A program made the translations under genes and the position numbers. Positions 6,810 to 11,434 of a DNA stretch of 11,434 nucleotides are shown here, piece after piece (the stretch's first letter is position 1; each line of letters starts with the position of its first letter). Under the pieces are notes generated by a model, which searched no databases, was not told the DNA's origin, and worked only from the letters and a program-made list of their open reading frames with translations. Origin of the DNA: an uncultured bacterium (lineage in GTDB: Bacteria; JAJVIF01; JAPKYR01); contig CBDURU010000113.1 in assembly GCA_965369865.1 (NCBI GenBank), forward strand, positions 1-11,434. The letters are read 5' to 3'.

Positions 6810-9479
6810 TTACCAACCATCAGCAGGCATTGGGTAATAGAAGAAATCGTTGTAATTGCTGCCGGCTCCTTCCATGTCGATCATTATAATATTGCGGTTA
6901 TCAGGATCGGTGTTGACAGCGAAGCAGTGCGGATTGTCCCATGATCCATACGATGGTCCAACGATCATATCATTCAGTACATTCAGGTCGGTATCGAGAC
7001 GCATAAGGTGGACTTGCACTTCGCCGTCCCATGTCTGGTACATAACCATCAGGCGACAGTTCTCAACCGACAGGTCGGTGTGATCGAAATCAATGTCCAT
7101 CCTTGTTGCGCCGGAATATGGGTGTGAGCATACAGAGCCAGAACCAGGGTAAAGATCGGCTTCCAATACCCACATTGGAGGTGATTGGCTGATATCGTAC
7201 TTGACGAAAATTTCACCCCAGGTATTCAACGCGTAAAGAATCATGCAGTCTTCCGAATAGCTGATCGCAATATCTGCCACAAGGTCGCAAACGTCGGCAC
7301 CAAATGGACCGGTTACCATTAGATCAGAATTCAACTCTAACCTGTCGGCGAGATTTTCCACGTAAAATGGTACGGATTCCTGAAGTTCGTAGTGTCTTAA
7401 CTGCCAGACAGGATCAAGAATCTCCTGGGGCTGGCCGGGATATTCTCCGCGAAGGTCGGTCACAAGCCATAGATCGCCGTCCCTGTCGAAATCGATCGCT
7501 GGAATTACGGAATATTTGCCCGGATATGCATCAGGAGTGGTTTCAACCACAACTGAATCGATCAGGTTGCCATCGTCATCCAGAATCTGCACAGTGTCGA
7601 ACATCCGTCCGTTGACTACGCCAAGATGAGCATTAGCTGGATTCTGATCGATCGCGGCAGTCATCCCAACATACAATTCACTGCCATCATGGCTTCCCGG
7701 GAGTGTGAAATACTCAGTGACCGGGGCGTCGGATGGATTGTCCGGATCGAATAATATGTAGTATCCAGTGTAGTCGCCAAAATCATCCCTGTCCCTTTTC
7801 ATGACGCATTGACCGGCATGGTTTCCGGTCTCCAGAATCGCGATATCGCCTTTCTGGCAGTTCTTGATCCAGGAAATACCGCCCGTCAGTAAATATTTGG
7901 CGTCATAATCGTGAATCCCGTCGGCACAGTCGACTATGAAACCATTTTCGAGAATTCCATCTTCAAGATCGGGATTGATAACAGCTACATCGTATACGCC
8001 CTCATGTACCAGTGTCAGATCGAGATCGCAGGTGATTTGCGTACCCGCTCCGCCCGTGACCTCATTGTCAAATTCAATCGTCCCATATTCCAGGCTCCGC
8101 AGCTCAACCTGGGCTCCAAACTGGAAGAACATGCCTTCAACAAGCACATCCACAAGCTGATCCCCGGATTGCCCGGTACTGGGATCTATACTTATAACCA
8201 CCGGGGAATGCTGCATAACAGGCTCGTCCATAATGTACACACTCGTCAGGAAGTAAGAACCCAGTGGCCCGGATGGGAAATCGAATTGATCCCCATTCGC
8301 TACCTGGGGCTGATAGCCGAATTCATCCGATGCTTCCACGAAAACCAGCAATTCTTCATCGCCCGAATGAGTCAGAGACAGGTCCCCAAGCGTGACCTGG
8401 TACACGCTTGATGTCGGTCCGTCGGGGAGCACTGTAGCGTTTGGTAGTACATCGAGGGGCGCCATCAGCATGGGTGATTCAATCCAGATGCCGTTGATCT
8501 CGCCGGGAACCCCATCCGGATTACCCATCGCCTGCCAGTCATAGACCCTTATATCCAGGTTGATATCGCCGCCATAAATATTAGGGCTTTCCCACCAGGC
8601 GGTGCTCTCGGTCTGGAGGACACTCACACAGTACGCTTCATTCATGTTGGCAGTAAGTGGATATGAGTCTGGGGGATATTCCGGGGCGCCGTCCGGGTCG
8701 GGGAGGTCCCAGCTCGTGTCGATTGCGTAATTGAATGTGAAATCCGGAGTATCGCCGTCCATCCTGAACTGGATGAACATCGGGCGCGATAAAACTGCCG
8801 TGCCCACTTCGAAAGATCCGCGGGTAGACGGATCAAGTGTCCAGACCGGTTCATCGTAGTCAAATGCGGATGCGTAATATTTATATCCGTTGAGAGTTGC
8901 CGTAGGATAAACATCGAATCCGAGCACGCCTTTTGTGTAACCGAACAGGATATCGTACGAGGTAAATTCCTGCGCGTTCCACCAGCGCGTATAACCGTCC
9001 GCGTTAAGGAGACGGGTTTCATCCGCTGCTGCGTAAATTACCTCCGGATCGTGAGTGGTTGCCCGGGTCCCGTTGGAAATAATAATTCCGCGAAGGTCGA
9101 AAGTTCGGAAAATCGGATTCCCGGGGATCGGGTGAATGATATTAAAGTCAATTTCTATGTACCCCTGGGCTATCTGAGAAATATCAATAACCGAAACAGA
9201 AATCAGATTTACCGGAGTTGCCGGAGGCTGCATAAGCCTGAGGACGTTCGCGGTGAATTCAGTTGAGCGCAACGGGACAGGTTCAACTGTCAGATTATCA
9301 GGATCGATTAAAATGTCGTAGTATCCAAGCAGGAAGTGCGACGAAGCAGCGTCTGAAATCTCAGAGGCACCGGTGATTCCCGGATCGACAGGTGGAGATG
9401 TCACCAAACCGTTACCGTTCGAGCACGAGAGAAGGAAAATCGCAGATAAAATAAAAACCGCAGGAAATCGATTAAACAT
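6810..9479 (-). CDS. Large acidic lipoprotein: N-terminal domain of unknown function + IPT/TIG-like Ig domain + probable beta-propeller (889 aa)
   Basis: Lipobox LLSC(19); SD GAGGTG 5 nt before the ATG. IPT-like segment PVVISIDPSTGQSG...VEGMFFQFGAQVEL...GTQITCDLDL...GVYDVAVINPD...LENGFIV. Propeller-like blades (AIDFDRDGDLWLV, AAIDQNP, FAVNTDP) in the C-terminal half. Confidence 0.85.
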   Translation of the reverse strand: MFNRFPAVFILSAIFLLSCSNGNGLVTSPPVDPGITGASEISDAASSHFLLGYYDILIDPDNLTVEPVPLRSTEFTANVLRLMQPPATPVNLISVSVIDISQIAQGYIEIDFNIIHPIPGNPIFRTFDLRGIIISNGTRATTHDPEVIYAAADETRLLNADGYTRWWNAQEFTSYDILFGYTKGVLGFDVYPTATLNGYKYYASAFDYDEPVWTLDPSTRGSFEVGTAVLSRPMFIQFRMDGDTPDFTFNYAIDTSWDLPDPDGAPEYPPDSYPLTANMNEAYCVSVLQTESTAWWESPNIYGGDINLDIRVYDWQAMGNPDGVPGEINGIWIESPMLMAPLDVLPNATVLPDGPTSSVYQVTLGDLSLTHSGDEELLVFVEASDEFGYQPQVANGDQFDFPSGPLGSYFLTSVYIMDEPVMQHSPVVISIDPSTGQSGDQLVDVLVEGMFFQFGAQVELRSLEYGTIEFDNEVTGGAGTQITCDLDLTLVHEGVYDVAVINPDLEDGILENGFIVDCADGIHDYDAKYLLTGGISWIKNCQKGDIAILETGNHAGQCVMKRDRDDFGDYTGYYILFDPDNPSDAPVTEYFTLPGSHDGSELYVGMTAAIDQNPANAHLGVVNGRMFDTVQILDDDGNLIDSVVVETTPDAYPGKYSVIPAIDFDRDGDLWLVTDLRGEYPGQPQEILDPVWQLRHYELQESVPFYVENLADRLELNSDLMVTGPFGADVCDLVADIAISYSEDCMILYALNTWGEIFVKYDISQSPPMWVLEADLYPGSGSVCSHPYSGATRMDIDFDHTDLSVENCRLMVMYQTWDGEVQVHLMRLDTDLNVLNDMIVGPSYGSWDNPHCFAVNTDPDNRNIIMIDMEGAGSNYNDFFYYPMPADGW

Positions 9480-9546
9480 TGAAGCACCTCGTAAATTGCT
9501 CAGGAGATCAGGCAGGGCATTATAAAATTCGTTGCAGTGAATACCC

Positions 9547-9566
9547 TTGTGATAATAATATCACAA
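9547..9566. promoter_or_regulatory. 20-bp palindromic operator-like site overlapping an extended -10 for the 889-aa gene
   Basis: TTGTGATA-ataa-TATCACAA has perfect 8-bp arms. The minus strand reads TGTG-a-TATTAT (TRTGn + -10). Confidence 0.55.
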
Positions 9567-9599
9567 AATCCCTGAAAAATAACAGTAGCCCGACCGTAA

Positions 9600-9738
9600 G
9601 GGGCTGTTGATAAAGTACTAAATCCCGTAGCGCAGGACGCCGGCCTGCAGTACCGCGGACGGCCCGTCCGCATGGAGAGCGGTATCGGAAGTTTTGAACC
9701 CTTGTTATTTTTCAGTCTATAACTTTTTCAACAGCCCC
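9600..9738. mobile_element. Non-autonomous MITE (139 bp) with IS5/IS1182-like terminal inverted repeats
   Basis: Left end GGGGCTGTTGATAAAGT (9600-9616); right end ACTTTTTCAACAGCCCC (9722-9738); 16/17 inverted match. Flanks GTAA / GTGA (extendable to CCGTAAGG / CCGTGAGG if the TIRs are trimmed by 2 nt) look like a target duplication with one mismatch. No coding capacity. Confidence 0.8.
9627..9671. repeat. GTAG-type REP-like hairpin plus a second hairpin inside the MITE
   Basis: GTAG-c-GCAGG-acgccgg-CCTGC (9627-9648), then GCGGACG-gcc-CGTCCGC (9655-9671). Confidence 0.6.
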
Positions 9739-9785
9739 GTGAGGGAGGGCACATCAGATCGCATCGGAAATGAGCACTCCCTGAC

Positions 9786-9815
9786 GGTCGTGGCTCTGTT
9801 ATGGTCGTGGCTCTG
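9786..9815. repeat. 13-bp direct repeat of the REP end
   Basis: GGTCGTGGCTCTG at 9786-9798 and 9803-9815. Confidence 0.85.
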
Positions 9816-9836
9816 ATAGTGCAATTGTTTTTTATT

Positions 9837-9874
9837 AAAAAAGAAAACCCCCCGAGCGACGTAGCGGGGGGGGT
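9837..9874 (-). terminator. Intrinsic terminator of the sigma factor gene
   Basis: Minus strand CCCCCCG-ctacgtcgct-CGGGGGG followed by TTTTCTTTTTT, about 40 nt after the stop codon. Confidence 0.8.
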
Positions 9875-9915
9875 ATGAATGCAAATGAATCTTTTCTTAA
9901 GGCCAATGCCCGATC

Positions 9916-11130
9916 TTACAGATCAAGGAAATCTTTGACCCGGACACTTCGTTTCTGGCTCTTAAGCCTCCGTAGCGCCTTGGCCTCGATCTGTCTGATC
10001 CGTTCCCGCGTTACGCCGAATTCACGTCCGACTTCCTCTAAAGTGTAGTAGTGGCCGTCATCAAAACCGAACCGCCTTCGAATGACACGCCGCTCCCTGT
10101 CAGTAAGTGTAGAAAGGACTCTCTCAAGTTCCTCCCTTAAGAGAAGCTTCATAGCGGAGTTATCGGGGTTGGGAATGTGATGGTCTTCGAGGAAATGCTG
10201 GAGCTGTGAATTCTCATCCTCGCCGATTGGCGTCTCGAGCGAGATTGGCCGCTGGGCGATTTTACGAATTTCCTGAACCTTGGAGGCGGGCATATTCATT
10301 TTACAGCCCAGCTCGTGTGGAGTTGGCTCGGTGCCCTTTTTCTGGGAAATTTCGCTGGATGCTTTCTTGAGTTTATTGATTTTTTCAACGATATGAACGG
10401 GTTTCCGGATGATATCCTCCTGGTCAGCGAGTGCTCTGGTGATGGCCTGACGGATCCACCAGGTCGCGTAAGTGGAGAACTTGAAACCCTTGGTATAGTC
10501 GAATTTCTGAACCGCCCTCATCAGTCCAAGGTTACCTTCCTGAACGAGGTCGAGAAAACTCAGTCCCTGGGTTTTGTATTTTTTAGCGATAGATACAACT
10601 AATCGAAGGTTGGCGGTAGTCAGTTTCTTGCGGGCCACTTCCTTTTGGATATCATTAAATTCTTCACCATCGATAATTTTCGCCAGCCTGACCTCTTCAT
10701 TGGAAGAAATAAGGGGTACCCAACCGATTTCCCTCAGGTAGATCTTGACCGAATCGTCGATCTTGATATCGTGAGAGAACTTGATGTCGGAGTCGAGGAG
10801 CTGTTTAGGGTCGGCTTTTCGCTTGGTAAGAGCATCGGCAAGACGCGGCGTCTTGAAAACATCGAAAGTCATCGGTTTTTTTCGGGATTTTGTTGTTCTT
10901 TTACCCGCACGTCCATTTGACGGTCGACGGATGAGAAGACAAATGCGTTTGCGCTCGATCGAGCGGTAAATAGCATCAAGCTCATCGCGATTGACTTTGA
11001 AGCACAGTTTTACTGTTTCGCGCACCTCCTTTTTTGTTAACCACCCTTTTTCTTTTCCACGACATAACAAGCTCTTGTAGAGGTCGTGTTTACAAACTTT
11101 CTGTGGCACGAACATTTGCCGCTCTGGCAT
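9916..11130 (-). CDS. rpoD: RNA polymerase sigma-70 factor, RpoD/SigA family (possibly a divergent paralog)
   Basis: Region 1.2 [12 protein letters not shown]; region 2 [13 protein letters not shown]...[42 protein letters not shown]; region 3.2 [16 protein letters not shown]; region 4.2 [27 protein letters not shown]. No long non-conserved region. ATG at 11130 preferred over GTG at 11145 because SD-like GGTGGTGA lies 8 nt upstream of it. Confidence 0.93.
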   Translation of the reverse strand: MPERQMFVPQKVCKHDLYKSLLCRGKEKGWLTKKEVRETVKLCFKVNRDELDAIYRSIERKRICLLIRRPSNGRAGKRTTKSRKKPMTFDVFKTPRLADALTKRKADPKQLLDSDIKFSHDIKIDDSVKIYLREIGWVPLISSNEEVRLAKIIDGEEFNDIQKEVARKKLTTANLRLVVSIAKKYKTQGLSFLDLVQEGNLGLMRAVQKFDYTKGFKFSTYATWWIRQAITRALADQEDIIRKPVHIVEKINKLKKASSEISQKKGTEPTPHELGCKMNMPASKVQEIRKIAQRPISLETPIGEDENSQLQHFLEDHHIPNPDNSAMKLLLREELERVLSTLTDRERRVIRRRFGFDDGHYYTLEEVGREFGVTRERIRQIEAKALRRLKSQKRSVRVKDFLDL

Positions 11131-11237
11131 AGACAATATCACCACCGTAGTGTGAAGTTAACCTCGGTGAACGGTATAAAATTACCGTCCTTCAATATAT
11201 TAGATGCTGTTTTTCTGAAAAGATGCATATTGAACGC

Positions 11238-11270
11238 AAAAAAAAAATCGGCGAGGTCTCACGCCTCACC
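11238..11270 (-). terminator. Intrinsic terminator / attenuator upstream of the sigma gene
   Basis: Minus strand GGTGAGG-cgtgaga-CCTCGCC (7 bp including one G-U pair), then ga and a 10-T tract. Confidence 0.8.
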
Positions 11271-11275
11271 ATGGA

Positions 11276-11332
11276 TTAGCCCTGCCAGCCAGTTTCACCC
11301 TTACCAAAGGCCGACAGTTCCCGCTTCTCCAC
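11276..11332 (-). CDS. Putative 18-aa leader peptide / small protein MEKRELSAFGKGETGWQG
   Basis: Perfect SD GGAGG (11345-11341), 8-nt spacer, GTG start, TAA stop; lies between a candidate promoter and a terminator. Confidence 0.5.
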   Translation of the reverse strand: MEKRELSAFGKGETGWQG

Positions 11333-11373
11333 TCTATCTTCCTCCAAAGCAAACCTTACTAAAGCCCACAAGT

Positions 11374-11402
11374 TATATACTCGACGTTTACGCATCCGTC
11401 AA
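11374..11402 (-). promoter_or_regulatory. Putative sigma-70-type promoter for the leader/sigma transcript
   Basis: TTGACG (11402-11397), 17-nt spacer, TATATA (11379-11374), with an A/T-rich UP-like tract upstream (11403-11434). Confidence 0.55.
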
Positions 11403-11434
11403 GATGCAAAAGCTAAAGAAAATTAAAAAAATTA

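Larger units (their letters stand above)
9585..9798. repeat. Inverted pair of REP-type palindromes (REPIN-like); left copy interrupted by a MITE
   Basis: Removing the MITE and one target copy gives GTA-GCCC-GA-CC-GTGA-GG-GA-GGGC. The right copy (9774-9798) reads CAGAGC-CAC-GA-CC-GTCA-GG-GA-GTG-C on the minus strand. Both share the core CGACCGTnAGGGAG and an imperfect hairpin with a GNRA-like tetraloop. Confidence 0.75.

Noticed and set aside
1374..9479. Diversity-generating retroelement acting on the lipoproteins
   Set aside because: No reverse transcriptase and no TR/VR pair with adenine-specific mismatches seen in the window; the 43-bp repeat differs in one 4-nt block.
9572..9815. CRISPR array, tRNA or known riboswitch
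   Set aside because: No regularly spaced repeats with unique spacers, no cloverleaf and no aptamer consensus recognised; REP + MITE explains the structure.
6856..10969. Small ORFs inside the 889-aa gene and the sigma gene
   Set aside because: Fully overlapped by confident CDSs and without independent support.
1..11434. TGA reassignment (all called genes end in TAA/TAG)
   Set aside because: More than 3000 codons of long ORFs contain no in-frame TGA, so the standard code fits.

Overview
Bacterial window, almost entirely minus-strand. Read right to left it holds: a candidate promoter, an 18-codon leader ORF and an intrinsic terminator; an RpoD/SigA-family sigma-70 gene whose region 1.1 is basic rather than acidic; and a repeat-rich intergenic region where a 139-bp MITE sits in the loop of a REP-type palindrome and carries REP-like hairpins of its own. 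Three large modular surface lipoproteins follow. One is an 889-aa IPT-containing protein. The other two are tandem paralogs that share an Ig-like + PKD N-terminal stalk but carry unrelated, lower-GC beta-propeller tips (LVIVD type and SBBP-like). A short plus-strand orphan ORF lies between them and the 889-aa gene. The window ends in a YfhO-like GT-C membrane glycosyltransferase that runs off the left edge and is missing from the ORF track. Best leads: possible translation-coupled attenuation of an atypical sigma factor, a constant-stalk/variable-tip lipoprotein family with a 43-bp DNA-conserved tract, and the nested MITE-in-REP. Family assignments come from motif recognition by eye; no searches were run.
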